A stretch of DNA of 64,000 nucleotides from Deinococcota bacterium (GCA_041695225.1 JBGFRI010000014.1:128001-192000); one strand, 5' to 3'. Shown: positions 21,308 to 32,730, counted from the first letter of the stretch. The notes: generated by a model from the sequence alone, not told the origin. Numbers and translations: made by a program.

Positions 21308-22446
21308 CAGTCTCCTCCGGCTGTGCGCCCGGTCTTTTGTTGCAGCAAGCGCACATACACTTCTTCCCAGTCTTGTATCACCCGCGTCAGGTCGTGCTTT
21401 GCCACAACCAGAGCACGGCCCGCCATTCCCATATTTTTGCGCTCCTGCTCTGAGGTTTGCGTCACCAGTTGCATGGCTCTGGCCAGCCGGCCGCTATCCT
21501 GCGGGGGCACCAGCCAGCCGCTACACCCTTCATGCACCACCTCGCGGTTGCCGCCCACATCGGTGGCCAGTATCGGCAGCCCCACCGCAGCGGCCTCGAG
21601 CAGCACCATCGGCATCCCCTCCCAGGCCGAGGACATCACATAAGCATCGGCAGCGTTCATCAAGGCAGGGACGTCTTTTCTAGCACCCAGAAACTGCACC
21701 CGCTCCGCCAGACCCAGGCTATGGGCCAGCTGACGCATGGGCTCCAGCAGCTCTCCCTGGCCCACCAGCCAGAGCCGGGCCTGGGGATTGGACTGGGTGA
21801 CCTCGGCAAAGGCCCGCAGCAGACTGGGATAGTCTTTTGCCTGGGTAAAGCGGCCCACCGCCAGCCAGACAAAGCTCTCCTGCGCCCCCATCGCTTGGCG
21901 CAGGGCGACCCTGGCCTCGGCATCAGGCTTAAAGCGGGCGGTATCTACCCCGTTGGCCATGAAGATGCCCCGGCCTGGGGCAATCGCCCCGACCTCGAGG
22001 TAGCGGCGAAGACCAGCCTGGCTGACCTGGGTGGTCAGGTCGCACAGGGGGTCGGTCAGGCGGTAGGCGGTCTCGCGCCAGCGGCCCCCTTCCCGGATGT
22101 TGTGCGCCGTGCAGACCAGCACCGGAACCTGAGCCAGGGGGCGCGCCAGGCGGGCCAGCAGGTTAGCGTGCACCATGTGGGAGTGGACCAGGCTGGGTCT
22201 GAAGCTGCGGATAATCTGTACCAGGCGCAAGAAGGCCCGCAGGCTGGGCCGGCCCGGCTGCATTTGCAGCGAGTCCACCGGAACCCCGGCGCTTTGCAGG
22301 TCCTGGGCTCTGGGGCCCAAAGGGGTCATGCAGACCACCCGTACCTGCCAGCCAGCCCGGGCAAAACCCAAAGCCAGGGCTACCAGCTGAGCCTCGGCCC
22401 CACCGTAGATGAGCGAGGTAATCACGAAGAGCAGGCGACGGTTCAT
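21307..22446 (-). CDS. Glycosyltransferase family 4
   Basis: GGAEAQL, EGMPMVLLEAAAVG, TDVGGN. Confidence 0.92.
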   Translation of the reverse strand: MNRRLLFVITSLIYGGAEAQLVALALGFARAGWQVRVVCMTPLGPRAQDLQSAGVPVDSLQMQPGRPSLRAFLRLVQIIRSFRPSLVHSHMVHANLLARLARPLAQVPVLVCTAHNIREGGRWRETAYRLTDPLCDLTTQVSQAGLRRYLEVGAIAPGRGIFMANGVDTARFKPDAEARVALRQAMGAQESFVWLAVGRFTQAKDYPSLLRAFAEVTQSNPQARLWLVGQGELLEPMRQLAHSLGLAERVQFLGARKDVPALMNAADAYVMSSAWEGMPMVLLEAAAVGLPILATDVGGNREVVHEGCSGWLVPPQDSGRLARAMQLVTQTSEQERKNMGMAGRALVVAKHDLTRVIQDWEEVYVRLLQQKTGRTAGGD

Positions 22447-23633
22447 GTCTGCGCCCTCGGTGAACTCACCCTGAAGCCGCCCAGAACCCCCGCATGCCAC
22501 AAGACCGCGTGGTGCGCCAGGATGATGCCCAGAATGAACCAGGTCTGTTTGCGCCACTCCCAGTTCTGGGCCATACCCGCTAGCAGCAGAATCAGAAAAG
22601 CGCAGGCCCACAACATTCGCTCGAGGCCCGGCATGGGTGCAAGGTAAATGGCCACGCCCAGCAGCACCAAAAGCAACAGCGCTAGCCCCACTACCCCCAT
22701 CTCGGCGGCAACACCGACAAACAGGTTGTGTGGCGCCACCCACTCCCTGAACCAGGGGTGGGACTCTAGCGAGACTCCAAAGGTTCCGGCCCCGGTTCCC
22801 AGAAACGGGTGGTCGGCGAAGACCTGCAAGCCTGCGCCCCAGATATTGGTGCGGTCGTTGAGGGTGCCCAGATGCACCTCTTCCGCCAGGGTTGCCAGCC
22901 GGGAGATACTCTCGGGGGGAACCAGCGCCGGTAAAAAAACGATGGCTAGTGCAGCAAACACCCCTGCCAGACCCTTGAGCCGCCAGGAGGCCCTGGGCAG
23001 GGTCAGGATCACGAAGAGCAGGCCCACCACCACCCCCAGCAGCCCGGCTCGAGCCGCGGTGAGCAGCACCACTCCCAGCGCCACCACCGGGTATAGACGG
23101 TAAAGCCAGACCAGACGGCTGCCTTCCTCCCGCAGGGCCAGATACCAGGCCAGAGGAATGCCCAGGGCCAGCACAAAGGAAAGGTCGCCCGGGTCGAAGT
23201 TGGCCGCAGCATAGCGCTGGTAGACCACCTCACTACCCTGAAGAAAATGGTAAACAGTGTTGCCCGCGGCCACATAAGCACCCAGCACATAGGCCGACAG
23301 AATCCGCCGTACTCCCCGATCATCCCGGAGCACGGCAAACAGGGCCCAGAAAAAAATCCACAGCAGGCCGTATTGCAGGACGCGCTCGAGGGTATCCGGC
23401 GGGTAGATGCTCCAGAAGTAGCTGAGCACCGCCAGCAGCACAAAGGCCAGGGCTCCCAGGTGTACCCAGTGCAACCGCAACCTCCCCGAGGCCAGCACAT
23501 ATCCCAGCGTGACCGTCGCCATCAGGATACCAACATACCGGCTCAGGGTTCCCATCCCTTCAATCAGCAGCACATTCTCCCAGGGGATGCTAAACACGTA
23601 GAGCCAGAGCACCAAAAAGGCCAGGCGCGCCAC
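22443..23633 (-). CDS. O-antigen ligase/polymerase-family membrane protein
   Basis: Multi-TM; HPFLGTGAGTF, PHNLFVGVAAEMG (Wzy_C-like). Confidence 0.85.
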   Translation of the reverse strand: MARLAFLVLWLYVFSIPWENVLLIEGMGTLSRYVGILMATVTLGYVLASGRLRLHWVHLGALAFVLLAVLSYFWSIYPPDTLERVLQYGLLWIFFWALFAVLRDDRGVRRILSAYVLGAYVAAGNTVYHFLQGSEVVYQRYAAANFDPGDLSFVLALGIPLAWYLALREEGSRLVWLYRLYPVVALGVVLLTAARAGLLGVVVGLLFVILTLPRASWRLKGLAGVFAALAIVFLPALVPPESISRLATLAEEVHLGTLNDRTNIWGAGLQVFADHPFLGTGAGTFGVSLESHPWFREWVAPHNLFVGVAAEMGVVGLALLLLVLLGVAIYLAPMPGLERMLWACAFLILLLAGMAQNWEWRKQTWFILGIILAHHAVLWHAGVLGGFRVSSPRAQT

Positions 23634-23634
23634 C

Positions 23635-24732
23635 TCAACCCCCCCTCAGCAGTCTCAGGTACTGCCCCACCACCACACTCTGGCTGTAGTTTTCAAAGGC
23701 TTCCGGCGCTACAGGCTGCTGGGGCTCGGCAAGGCTAGCCGAGATAGCCTGGGCCAGGGCCTGCGCATCCTGCCGGGGTACCAGGCGGCCCCACCGCCCG
23801 CCCTGTAAAATTTCCCTGGGTCCGCTGGGGCAGTCGGTGGAAACCACTTTTGTTCCCAGGGCCATGGCTTCGATTAGCACTGTGGGCAGCCCCTCCCAGT
23901 CGGAAGACAGGACAAATACCGCCGCTCTTTTCATGTAGGCGTAGGGGTTTTGTACAAAACCGGGCAGGCTCACCAGACCCTCCAGGCCCAGTTGGCGAGT
24001 CAGAGCCTCGAGCGCGGCACGGTCCTCCCCCTCGCCCAGAATTAGCAGCCGGGCCGGGTGCTGGCGGCGTACCTCGGCAAAAGCCCTTACCAGATTGGCA
24101 AAGTTCTTCTGCCGGGTCAGACGGCCCACGCCCAGCAGCACCGGCGGCTGCTGGGGTTGCAGCCAGGGATGGTCCACGGGCTCGGCGGCTTTTTCAAATA
24201 GTTCGGGAACCACCACCGGGTTGTGGATTACCCAGACCTTCTGGCGGGTCCCGCTCAGGCGGGCAAAGTCGTCCACTACCCCCTGGGAGACCCCCACAAT
24301 GCCAGTAGCCCAGGGGTAAAAAAGCCTCATGGCCAGCGGGGTCAGCCGGCCCCTCAGCGAAGAAGCGTGATGGGCATCATGTGAGGGGGTATTCTGCATA
24401 CAGACCGCTACTCTTGTGCCCACCCCGGCCAGGCGGCTGGCCCACACGGCTACCACGTTGGCATGATCCAGGGCCGAGACCATCCCCACGGGCCTTTCCC
24501 GGCGCAAATACCGGGTGAGCGCCGGCAGGCTGGCAAGTACCCGGCGCGCTTTTAAGTCCACCACCCGCACCTCGGGGGGCACCATTTTCATGTAAGGGCC
24601 TTTGGCCTCCGAAAGCACCAGGTCAACCGCTACTTGATGCCGCGCCCAGCCGATGGCCAGGTTGAGCATGGAGCGCTCGGCTCCGCCGCCCAGCAAGGAG
24701 GGAAGGTAGACTGCAAATCGTTCTCTGGACAC
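23635..24732 (-). CDS. Glycosyltransferase family 4
   Basis: GGAER, EGLPTVLIEAMALG, TDCPSGPREIL. Confidence 0.92.
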   Translation of the reverse strand: MSRERFAVYLPSLLGGGAERSMLNLAIGWARHQVAVDLVLSEAKGPYMKMVPPEVRVVDLKARRVLASLPALTRYLRRERPVGMVSALDHANVVAVWASRLAGVGTRVAVCMQNTPSHDAHHASSLRGRLTPLAMRLFYPWATGIVGVSQGVVDDFARLSGTRQKVWVIHNPVVVPELFEKAAEPVDHPWLQPQQPPVLLGVGRLTRQKNFANLVRAFAEVRRQHPARLLILGEGEDRAALEALTRQLGLEGLVSLPGFVQNPYAYMKRAAVFVLSSDWEGLPTVLIEAMALGTKVVSTDCPSGPREILQGGRWGRLVPRQDAQALAQAISASLAEPQQPVAPEAFENYSQSVVVGQYLRLLRGG

Positions 24733-24744
24733 CTTTGGCCTCCT

Positions 24745-25923
24745 TCACTCGCTAAAGGTTCTGTGCCCAACCGGTATGGGCCGATCCAGCACTTCCTGGA
24801 AAAAGGCCGCATACCGGGCCACAGCCCACTCTGCCGAAAAACGCTCCATGCTCTTGGCCCTGGCCCTTGCGCCGAGCTGTGCTTGCAGCTCGGGGTTATG
24901 CAGCACCTGCAGCAGCCCATCGGCCAGTGCCCTGGGGTTGCCCACCTCTACCAAGAGCCCATCCACCCCAGACTCCACAAACTCCGAAGCGGTAGCAAAA
25001 CTGGTCAGGACCACCGGCTTGCCCAGGTACATGGCCTCCGATAGCACCAGTGGCGAGGCCTCGCCAGAAGCCGAAGAGAGGGCAAAAACCGTTGCCCGGG
25101 CCATATATTTGTAGGGGTTGGCTTCAATACCCGGCATCCAGACCGCATCGCCAAGGCCCAGCTCAAAAACCAGGGACTCTAACTGGGAGCGCAGAGTGCC
25201 CTCGCCCAGAATGACCAGCCGGGCCTGAGGGAGCTGGTTTAGTACCAGTCTGAAGGCCCGCAGCAGGGTGGGAAAGTCCTTCATGGTTTCCAGCCGCCCT
25301 ACTGCAAGAATCACCGAGTGCTGGCCCTGAAACCAGGGGTGGTCTATGGGCTCCCGGGACCTGGCCTCGAGGTCTTTGGTGATGGCCGGATTGTAGATGA
25401 CCCGGAACTCGGAGTCGGGGTAGACCGGCGCCGACAGGCTGGCCACCTTATGCGAGACCGCCAGGTAGGCATCGGGGTTGCGAACCAGGAGGCGAATCAG
25501 GAGGGTCTTTAATTTCCTCCGCCAGCCTGAGCCTAGGTAGCCTTGGAGCTCGTTGTGTTCAGTAAGAATCCAGCGGGGCCGCCTTGCTCTGGGCAGCAGC
25601 CTCAGGGCCAGGGCTACGGTGAGATGGACCCGGGGCCAGGCCGAAACAATCAGGTCGGGTCGGTGTTCGTTGATCACATTTATCAGGCGGCGTACCTGGG
25701 AGAAAATCGCCAGGTGCTGCATGGCCCTGCGGCCTGCGGGGGCGGGCAGTATAACGACATTGTCGGTTACTTGGGCCCGTGAAAGCAGGTCATTGGGCTC
25801 ACAGCCCTGCGCTGCCACCAGCACGTCATACTGCACAGCCAGCCCATCTGACAGGTGCTGCACTACCCGCTCGACCCCGCCATATCCCAGCACGGGAAGG
25901 TAAAAAAGAACCCGTGGCCTCAT
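24745..25923 (-). CDS. Glycosyltransferase family 4
   Basis: GGVER, AVGRL..KD, EASPLVLSEAM. Confidence 0.9.
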   Translation of the reverse strand: MRPRVLFYLPVLGYGGVERVVQHLSDGLAVQYDVLVAAQGCEPNDLLSRAQVTDNVVILPAPAGRRAMQHLAIFSQVRRLINVINEHRPDLIVSAWPRVHLTVALALRLLPRARRPRWILTEHNELQGYLGSGWRRKLKTLLIRLLVRNPDAYLAVSHKVASLSAPVYPDSEFRVIYNPAITKDLEARSREPIDHPWFQGQHSVILAVGRLETMKDFPTLLRAFRLVLNQLPQARLVILGEGTLRSQLESLVFELGLGDAVWMPGIEANPYKYMARATVFALSSASGEASPLVLSEAMYLGKPVVLTSFATASEFVESGVDGLLVEVGNPRALADGLLQVLHNPELQAQLGARARAKSMERFSAEWAVARYAAFFQEVLDRPIPVGHRTFSE

Positions 25924-27173
25924 AGAACCCCCCGAAGCTTAAGCACTACAAAGCGGAACCCCGCAGCCCAGGCCTCTGCCGTGACCACCGCTATAGCCAT
26001 GCCCAGAGCGCCCAGACGGGGTGCCAGAATAAGCGCCACCACCAGGTTGATTGCGCTGGCGCTTAGTACCGAGTACATCACCTCGCGGTCCATCTGGCGC
26101 GGAAACATGTACTGCATGGAGAGCGAGTAGCCAAAAGCCACAATGGGGAGCAGCAGGGCCAGAACCTGCAAAACCGGAACCGAGGCTTTGTACTGCTCGC
26201 CAAAGAGCAAACTGACCAGAAAAGGGGCCAGCGCCGCCAGCAATACTCCCCCCAGCAACCCAATACCCAGGGTGGCCCACAGAGCCAGACGGCTCAGGCG
26301 CAGTGCCGCCCCAGAGTCGCGCTTGATCAGGTGATTGATGCGAGGATAAATGGCCTGGCCCAGCGGCCACAAGATGGCCAGCCCAGGCCGCACCAGGCGG
26401 TTACCCACTTCGAAGAACCCTACCTGGACAGGCGAGGTCAGCAGCCCCAGAATCACCCCGTTGGCCGAGGTATAAAAGCTGTCCGAGGCCCGGGAAAGAA
26501 ACAGGCTCCAGCTCACCTTTAGCGCCACCGAGCTCATGCTCGGGTTGGGCAGCTTGAAGGGGATCTCACGATACATCAGCAGCAGCAGGACAAAGGTAGA
26601 AACCCCCGAGGCCACGGCCTGGGCGGCCAGGGCAATCCAGGCATCCTCGGGGTGGCGCACAAAAATAAAAATCCCCGCCAGGTGGCCCAGGCGCACCAGA
26701 CCCTCCAGAGCTGCCACCACCCAGGTGCGCTCCTGGGCCTGGAAATACCACATTGGACTCAGGGCGATAGATACAGCGATCATCAGAGCCCAGAACACCA
26801 GACTGGCCTGGGAGTAAAAGCTCGCGATAAAAATCCCGGCCAGAGTAGCTATAATCGCCATGCCCAGCACTAGCAGCAGCTTGGCCCCCAGGACCGACAT
26901 GGCGATAGCAGCCACAGCCTCTTTTCGCTCCCTGAGACGGGCAATGGAGCGGGTGGCCGAGTAGTTGAAGCCATACTCCCCCACCACTGCCAGCCAGTTG
27001 GCGAAACTCTGGGCAAAGGCTACCAGGCCAAAGTGGTGGGGCTCGAGCACCCGCGCCAGGTAGGGTAAGGAAATTAGCGGGAGAAGATAGGACAGTATCT
27101 GCACCAGATACAAAGCCGCTGCATTCTGCGTGATGCGGTTGCGCAGTACCCGGCGAATTCCTGGCAAAACCAC
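25920..27173 (-). CDS. wzx: Wzx-type polysaccharide flippase
   Basis: YLLPLISLPYLARVL, EYGFNYSATR; many TM segments. Confidence 0.88.
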   Translation of the reverse strand: MVLPGIRRVLRNRITQNAAALYLVQILSYLLPLISLPYLARVLEPHHFGLVAFAQSFANWLAVVGEYGFNYSATRSIARLRERKEAVAAIAMSVLGAKLLLVLGMAIIATLAGIFIASFYSQASLVFWALMIAVSIALSPMWYFQAQERTWVVAALEGLVRLGHLAGIFIFVRHPEDAWIALAAQAVASGVSTFVLLLLMYREIPFKLPNPSMSSVALKVSWSLFLSRASDSFYTSANGVILGLLTSPVQVGFFEVGNRLVRPGLAILWPLGQAIYPRINHLIKRDSGAALRLSRLALWATLGIGLLGGVLLAALAPFLVSLLFGEQYKASVPVLQVLALLLPIVAFGYSLSMQYMFPRQMDREVMYSVLSASAINLVVALILAPRLGALGMAIAVVTAEAWAAGFRFVVLKLRGVL

Positions 27174-27442
27174 GCTAAAAGCCCCCCGCCAGGTACGACT
27201 GCTCTGTCAACCCCGGCATATACCTTCAAGCCTACGCGCTATCCCCTTCCTATGGAACCAAATTATCCCCACCTTAACGGCGGGAACGCTCAGATTACGC
27301 CTGAGGTATCGCGTTATACTCAGGGCCCTGAGTGAGGCGTGACTAGCGCCGGGGTATCGGGTTTGCTAGTGTTTCGCTTGTAATCGCCCTAGAGCAGGCA
27401 GGTGGTGACCTGCCTGTGTAAAGCGAGCCTAATCATGGGAAA

Positions 27443-28549
27443 TTACTGGCGGCGCATACCAGCGGGCTGGGGAGATGCACTGCTCGCGCCCGCCAGTCGA
27501 GCAAACTCCTTGGGGTCTACCGAGCGTGACTGCCCTGTTTCGTAGGTAATCAACTTACGCTTAAAGAGGTCGGCCAGGTAGGCGTCCATGGTAATCATGC
27601 CATGCTGTCCTCCGGTCTGGATCACGCTGACCAGCTGATGGCTCTTACCCTCGCGGATCAGCGCCCGCACCGCCGCCGTGGCAATCATGAGCTCGTAAGC
27701 CAGAACACGCCCTCCTCCGAAAGCCTTGGACAGGAGCTGCTGGGTCAGGACTGCAACCAGGTTGTTGGAAAGCTGTACCCGTACTTGTTCTTGCTGGGCC
27801 TGGGGAAAAACGTCAATAATACGGTCAACAGTCTCAGGAGCGCTGTTGGTGTGCAAAGTGCCACAGACCAGGTGGCCAGTTTCTGCTGCCGTGATGGCCG
27901 CGGCAATGGTCTCGTAGTCGCGCATCTCGCCTACCAGAATTACATCTGGCGCCTGGCGCAAGACCGAACGCAGAGCCTTATGAAAGCCATGGGTATCGGA
28001 GCCGATCTCACGCTGGTTGATGATGGAAGACTTGTGGCGGTGAAAGAACTCGATGGGGTCTTCGATGGTGACAATGTGGGAGCGCCGGCGCTCGTTGATG
28101 TAGTCAATCATCGAGGCCAGGGTGGTGGACTTGCCCGAGCCGGTGGGCCCGGTCACCAGCACCAGACCGCGGGGGCTCAGGGCGATATCGGCCACCCCTT
28201 TGGGTAGGCCCAGTTCGTCAAAGCTTTTGACGTTAGAAGGCACCACCCGCAGCACCCCGCCCACACTACCGCGCTGCAAAAAGATATTGACGCGGAAGCG
28301 CCCCTTACCCGGCAGGCTGAAGGAAAAGTCGAGCTCCTTCTCTTCCTCGAAGACCCGTTGCTGCTTTTCGTCCATTAGCGCGTAGGTAAGGCGCCGGGTT
28401 TCCTGGGGAGTAAGGGGTTCATACTCGGTGGGGTGGAACTCACCGTCAATTTTGATCATGGGAGGCAGCCCAACCGTGATGACCAGGTCGCTCGAGCTTC
28501 GATCTACGGCCAGGTTGAGCAAGTCTACGATGTCCGGGGCTTTGGTCAT
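27443..28549 (-). CDS. pilT: Type IV pilus retraction ATPase
   Basis: GPTGSGKSTT, TIEDPIE, LVGEMRD, HLVCGTLHT, AVRALIRE. Confidence 0.96.
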   Translation of the reverse strand: MTKAPDIVDLLNLAVDRSSSDLVITVGLPPMIKIDGEFHPTEYEPLTPQETRRLTYALMDEKQQRVFEEEKELDFSFSLPGKGRFRVNIFLQRGSVGGVLRVVPSNVKSFDELGLPKGVADIALSPRGLVLVTGPTGSGKSTTLASMIDYINERRRSHIVTIEDPIEFFHRHKSSIINQREIGSDTHGFHKALRSVLRQAPDVILVGEMRDYETIAAAITAAETGHLVCGTLHTNSAPETVDRIIDVFPQAQQEQVRVQLSNNLVAVLTQQLLSKAFGGGRVLAYELMIATAAVRALIREGKSHQLVSVIQTGGQHGMITMDAYLADLFKRKLITYETGQSRSVDPKEFARLAGASSASPQPAGMRRQ

Positions 28550-28931
28550 GCGTATCTCCAGTTCTGGTTTCAGGATAGTTCACCAAGAACCCCAGCCATG
28601 TTCATTTGCCACTTTAACACACAACCGATCCCAGGGTTCCGGGTTGCTTCTACCCGTAGCCCCATACAACTGTTATTTGGCCGAGCTAGTGCACTGTCAA
28701 TCGCGCTAATCTTTGGTCGGCATATGTAGGACTGGTTTTGGACGAATCGCCCTCGAGCCACCAAGTAAGCACCAGCCCCGCCACAAACCCCACCGAATTA
28801 CACCCAGAAGGCAGTTCCAGGCTTAGGCAAAACTTGTTCACAGAATGAATGAGCAGCCAAAAGCCCGCGGATACTGGCCTCTGCCAGAAAAGCCAGGGAC
28901 GGCGCTGGGAGTGATGGTGTACCCTGAAGCC

Positions 28932-29246
28932 ATGTACCTGACCGTTCTATGCACCGTGCCCGATGCTGACACCGGCCAGAGAATTGCCCGCACCGTGGTG
29001 CACGAGGGCCTGGCAGCCTGCGTCAATCTGCTGCCGGGCATTACCTCGGTCTATAGCTGGCAGGGCCAGGTGCAGGAGAATCCAGAGCTATTGCTGATCA
29101 TCAAAACCAGTCAGGCGCGCTACTTAGGCCTGCAGCAGCGCATCAAGGAACTACATCCCTATCAGGTTCCTGAGATTATCGCGCACAAAATGGAGCTGGG
29201 GCTGCCGGAGTATCTGGACTGGATAGCCTCGAGTACCACCAGTTGA
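28932..29246 (+). CDS. cutA: Divalent-cation tolerance protein
   Basis: LAACVN, SVYSWQG, HPYQVPEII; TACCCT 6 nt before ATG. Confidence 0.93.
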   Translation: MYLTVLCTVPDADTGQRIARTVVHEGLAACVNLLPGITSVYSWQGQVQENPELLLIIKTSQARYLGLQQRIKELHPYQVPEIIAHKMELGLPEYLDWIASSTTS

Positions 29247-29355
29247 AGGTGCTTGGGCCAGGGTGGGCCGGACATCACCACCCTTGGGCAGGCTGCGGGC
29301 TCCTAGAGGTGCTTTCGGCAGTCCTCTATCGGGGCGAGGTAAAGAGTTCAATACA

Positions 29356-29583
29356 ATGTCTCATGTCGCAAGTCGCAAGTCTTTTATGAAGCGTCTCAAG
29401 TCTCAAGTCTCAGGTCTCAGGTCTTTTTGGCTTGGGACCTGCGTCATTCAATGAGTCGATAGTCAATAGTCCATAGCCGATAGCCTATAGCTAATAGGTT
29501 TTGACCTGCTAGCCGAGACCATGGCCGATAGCTAATAGCTAATAGCCGGTAGCTTTTGACCTGCGACCTGCGACCTGTGACCT
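29356..29583. repeat. Composite 7-mer tandem repeat block
   Basis: gtcgcaa/gtctcaa/gtctcag, gtcgata/gccgata/gctaata and gacctgc runs. Confidence 0.9.
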
Positions 29584-29599
29584 TTTTATCAGGCTGTAC

Positions 29600-32020
29600 T
29601 CAGTCCTGTGGCGCTACCACAAACGCCGAGACCAGCTCATCGTTTTTGCCCAAATTCATCACCCTCACGCCGCTGGTGGCCCGCCCGTACTGCGAGATGC
29701 TGGCCACCTTGGTGCGGATGGCGATGCCGCGCTTGGAGAGCACCAGCAGGTCTTCGTTGCCCTGCACCCGGATTAAGGCGGCCAGCTGCCCTACCTTGTC
29801 GTTGGTGCTAAAGGTGATGACACCCATTCCTCCCCGGCCTTGCAGGGGGTATTCCGAGACGGGGGTACGCTTGCCGTAGCCGTGGGTTCCCACTGCCAGC
29901 ACCTCGCCTTCTTCGCCCTGGGGCAGAATTACCAGCGAGACCACCCGGTCCTGGCGGCCTTCTTTGAAGCGGATGCCGGTCACGCCCTGGCTGGCCCGGC
30001 CGGTTGAGCGCACATCGGAAAGTGCGAACCGGATGGCCTGGCCGCTCTGGGTGGCCAGCATGACCTGGTCGGCCTCCTGGGCAATCGCGACCCCAATCAG
30101 GGCGTCGTTTTCCACCAGATTAATCGCGATCAGGCCCGCGCTGGAGAGGTTCTGGTACTCCTTGATCTCGGTCTTCTTGATTAGCCCGGCCCTGGTAGCA
30201 AAAACGAAGTAGCCCGGCTGGGTCAGGTCGCGCACGTTGAGCAAAGCTGCTACCTCCTCGCCCAGGGCCAGCGGCAGCAGGCTGACCACGTGGGTTCCCC
30301 GGGCCTGGCGGCTGGCCTCGGGTAGCTCGTGCACCTTCTCGCCGTAGACCCGGCCCCGGTTGGTAAAAATTAGCAGGGTATCGTGCATCGAGGCCACAAA
30401 GACCGAGATGGCCTCGTCGGCTTCCTTGGTCTTGCCAGCCTGAGCCCCCACCCCGCCGCGCCCCTGGGCCCGGTAGGCCTCGAGCGGGGTGCGCTTCATG
30501 AAGCCCTGGTTGGTCAGGGTGATGACCATCTCCTCGTCGTCAATCAGGTCTTCAACGTTGAAGCCCTCCTCGAACTCGGTAATCTGGGTGCGGCGCTGGT
30601 CGCCATATTTTTTCTTGATCTCCAGGAGCTCGCTCCTGACTACCCGCCATAGCCGTTTCTGGTCGCCCAGGATGGCCTCGAGGCGGGCAATTTCTTCCAT
30701 CAGTTCCTGGTACTCGGCCTGTAGTCTTTCGCGCTCGAGGCCCACCAGCCGCTGCAGACGCATGTCCAGAATGGCCTGGGCCTGGATCTCGCTCAGGCTG
30801 AAGCGGGCTATCAGCCCGGCGCGGGCCTCGGCGGCTTCCTGCGAGGCGCGAATCAGGGCGATTACCTCGTCAATCTGGTCAAGGGCAATCAGCAGCCCTT
30901 CCAGAATATGGGCCCGCTCCCTGGCCTTGCGCAGCTCGTGCTCGGTGCGCTTGCGCACTACCTCTCCCCGGTGGTCCAGGTAGTGGCGCATCATCTGCAA
31001 GAGCGACAGCACCTTGGGCTCGCCGTTCACGATGGCCAGCAGGTTTACGGTAAAGCTGGTCTGCAGGCGCGAGTGCTTGTAGAGCTTGTTGAGCACTACC
31101 TGAGGGTTGGCCCCGCGCTTTAGTTCGACGGCAATACGCATCCCCTGCCGGTCGGACTCATCACGCAGGGCGGCGATCTCTTCAATAACCTTGTTACGCA
31201 CCAGGCCAGCAATCTGGGCGATCAGGTCGGCCTTGTTGACCTGGTAGGGAATCTCGGTGAAGACCAGCATGGCCCGCCCGTTTTTGTCCTCGTTGCGCAC
31301 CCTGGCCCGCACCTTAAGGCTGCCCCGCCCGCTGGCATAGGCCTCCCGGATGCCGCGGCGGGAAAGCTTGGCCGCAGTGGGAAAGTCTGGCCCTGGTAGC
31401 ACCTTCATAATCTCGTCCAGGCTCACCTCGGGGTTGTCAATCATCAGGGCCAGGGCGTCAATGGTCTCGGAAAGGTTGTGCGGGGGCAGGCTGGTAGCCA
31501 TGCCTACCGCAATGCCGGCGGCGCCATTGACCAGCATGTTGGGCAGCGCCGAGGGCAGCACCTCGGGCTGGTGGTGGGTGCCGTCGTAGTTGGGTAGCAT
31601 CGGCACAGTCTCTTTGTCGAGGTCTTGCAGCATCTCCAGGCCCAGGTTAGAAAGGCGGGCCTCGGTATAGCGCGGGGCGGCGGGGGGGTCGTTGTCAACT
31701 GAGCCGAAGTTTCCCTGCCCGTCAATCAGGGGGTAGCGCAGGCTCCAGTCCTGGGCCATGCGCACCATGGTGTCGTAGATGGCGGCATCGCCGTGGGGGT
31801 GGTACTTACCCATCACCTCACCCACAATTTTTGCGCTCTTGACGTGTTTGCGGCTGGGCAGCACACCGTCCTGGTAGGCGGCGTAAAGAATGCGCCGCTG
31901 CACTGGCTTCAGGCCGTCGCGCACGTCTGGCAAGGCCCGGTCTACAATGACCGACATGGCGTAGTTGATAAAGCTCTGTTTTACTTCGTCGGTTATTTCA
32001 ATCGGAAGAACTTGGGACAT
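29600..32020 (-). CDS. gyrA: DNA gyrase subunit A
   Basis: [28 protein letters not shown], GyrA box QGRGGVG. Confidence 0.97.
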   Translation of the reverse strand: MSQVLPIEITDEVKQSFINYAMSVIVDRALPDVRDGLKPVQRRILYAAYQDGVLPSRKHVKSAKIVGEVMGKYHPHGDAAIYDTMVRMAQDWSLRYPLIDGQGNFGSVDNDPPAAPRYTEARLSNLGLEMLQDLDKETVPMLPNYDGTHHQPEVLPSALPNMLVNGAAGIAVGMATSLPPHNLSETIDALALMIDNPEVSLDEIMKVLPGPDFPTAAKLSRRGIREAYASGRGSLKVRARVRNEDKNGRAMLVFTEIPYQVNKADLIAQIAGLVRNKVIEEIAALRDESDRQGMRIAVELKRGANPQVVLNKLYKHSRLQTSFTVNLLAIVNGEPKVLSLLQMMRHYLDHRGEVVRKRTEHELRKARERAHILEGLLIALDQIDEVIALIRASQEAAEARAGLIARFSLSEIQAQAILDMRLQRLVGLERERLQAEYQELMEEIARLEAILGDQKRLWRVVRSELLEIKKKYGDQRRTQITEFEEGFNVEDLIDDEEMVITLTNQGFMKRTPLEAYRAQGRGGVGAQAGKTKEADEAISVFVASMHDTLLIFTNRGRVYGEKVHELPEASRQARGTHVVSLLPLALGEEVAALLNVRDLTQPGYFVFATRAGLIKKTEIKEYQNLSSAGLIAINLVENDALIGVAIAQEADQVMLATQSGQAIRFALSDVRSTGRASQGVTGIRFKEGRQDRVVSLVILPQGEEGEVLAVGTHGYGKRTPVSEYPLQGRGGMGVITFSTNDKVGQLAALIRVQGNEDLLVLSKRGIAIRTKVASISQYGRATSGVRVMNLGKNDELVSAFVVAPQD

Positions 32021-32045
32021 TAGGTAATCTCCTGTTTCGTTTCGG

Positions 32046-32073
32046 CACAAAAAAAGCGCCCTGGACGCGCTTT
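32046..32073 (-). terminator. Terminator-like hairpin in the gyrA 5' leader
   Basis: Minus strand AAAGCGC-GTCCAGG-GCGC followed by seven T. Confidence 0.65.
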
Positions 32074-32087
32074 ATATCCAGCATCTC

Positions 32088-32116
32088 ATTATACCCTATC
32101 AGGTCTGTTATGTCAA
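32088..32116 (-). promoter_or_regulatory. Consensus sigmaA promoter of gyrA
   Basis: TTGACA-17 nt-TATAAT on the minus strand. Confidence 0.9.
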
Positions 32117-32202
32117 AAACATAATCGGCGGGCCAGGCCAGAACCATGCCGAGGTTTTTGCAGACCAGCACGTACATCCGAGCCCGTGAGCGCGCCAGGG
32201 CA

Positions 32203-32730
32203 TCAGAGGCCGGGGGCTGGCTCGGGGATTTCCACCGTACTGGTCTGGGTCTTGTAGAGCTGCATACCCCTTGCCAGGTAGTTTGCCAGGGCTGCCGGGC
32301 TATCGAGTGAGCAGGTGTGAACCCAGACCCGCCCGGCGCCCAGCCGCCAGGCTTCCTCCAGGGCGCAGGTTAGCAGATGGCCCCCCAGACCCATCCCGAT
32401 AAACTGTGGCATCAGCCCAAAGTAGGCGATCTCTACGTTAGCTTCGGGCTGCACCTCGAGCTGAAAGTAGCCCGCCGGGGTGCCCTTCAGATAGGCTACC
32501 CAGGTGTGCAGGCTGGGGTTGTGGGCATACTCGCGCCACTGGGAATCACTCCAACCAGCCTTTTCGTACCAGTTCCAGCGGCTCCCCACGCTCTGGTAAA
32601 GAAAACGCTGTAGCTCGGGGCTGGGAAGCTCGGCCTTGATCACCTGCAAACCCTCTATCCGGGCCGGCCTGGGGCGTATCTCCTCAGGAGAACACAGCTC
32701 GAGGTAATAGGTGGTTACCTCGGCGCGCAT
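32203..32730 (-). CDS. GNAT acetyltransferase
   Basis: IAYFGLMPQFIGMGLGGHLL, VWVHTCSLD. Confidence 0.9.
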   Translation of the reverse strand: MRAEVTTYYLELCSPEEIRPRPARIEGLQVIKAELPSPELQRFLYQSVGSRWNWYEKAGWSDSQWREYAHNPSLHTWVAYLKGTPAGYFQLEVQPEANVEIAYFGLMPQFIGMGLGGHLLTCALEEAWRLGAGRVWVHTCSLDSPAALANYLARGMQLYKTQTSTVEIPEPAPGL

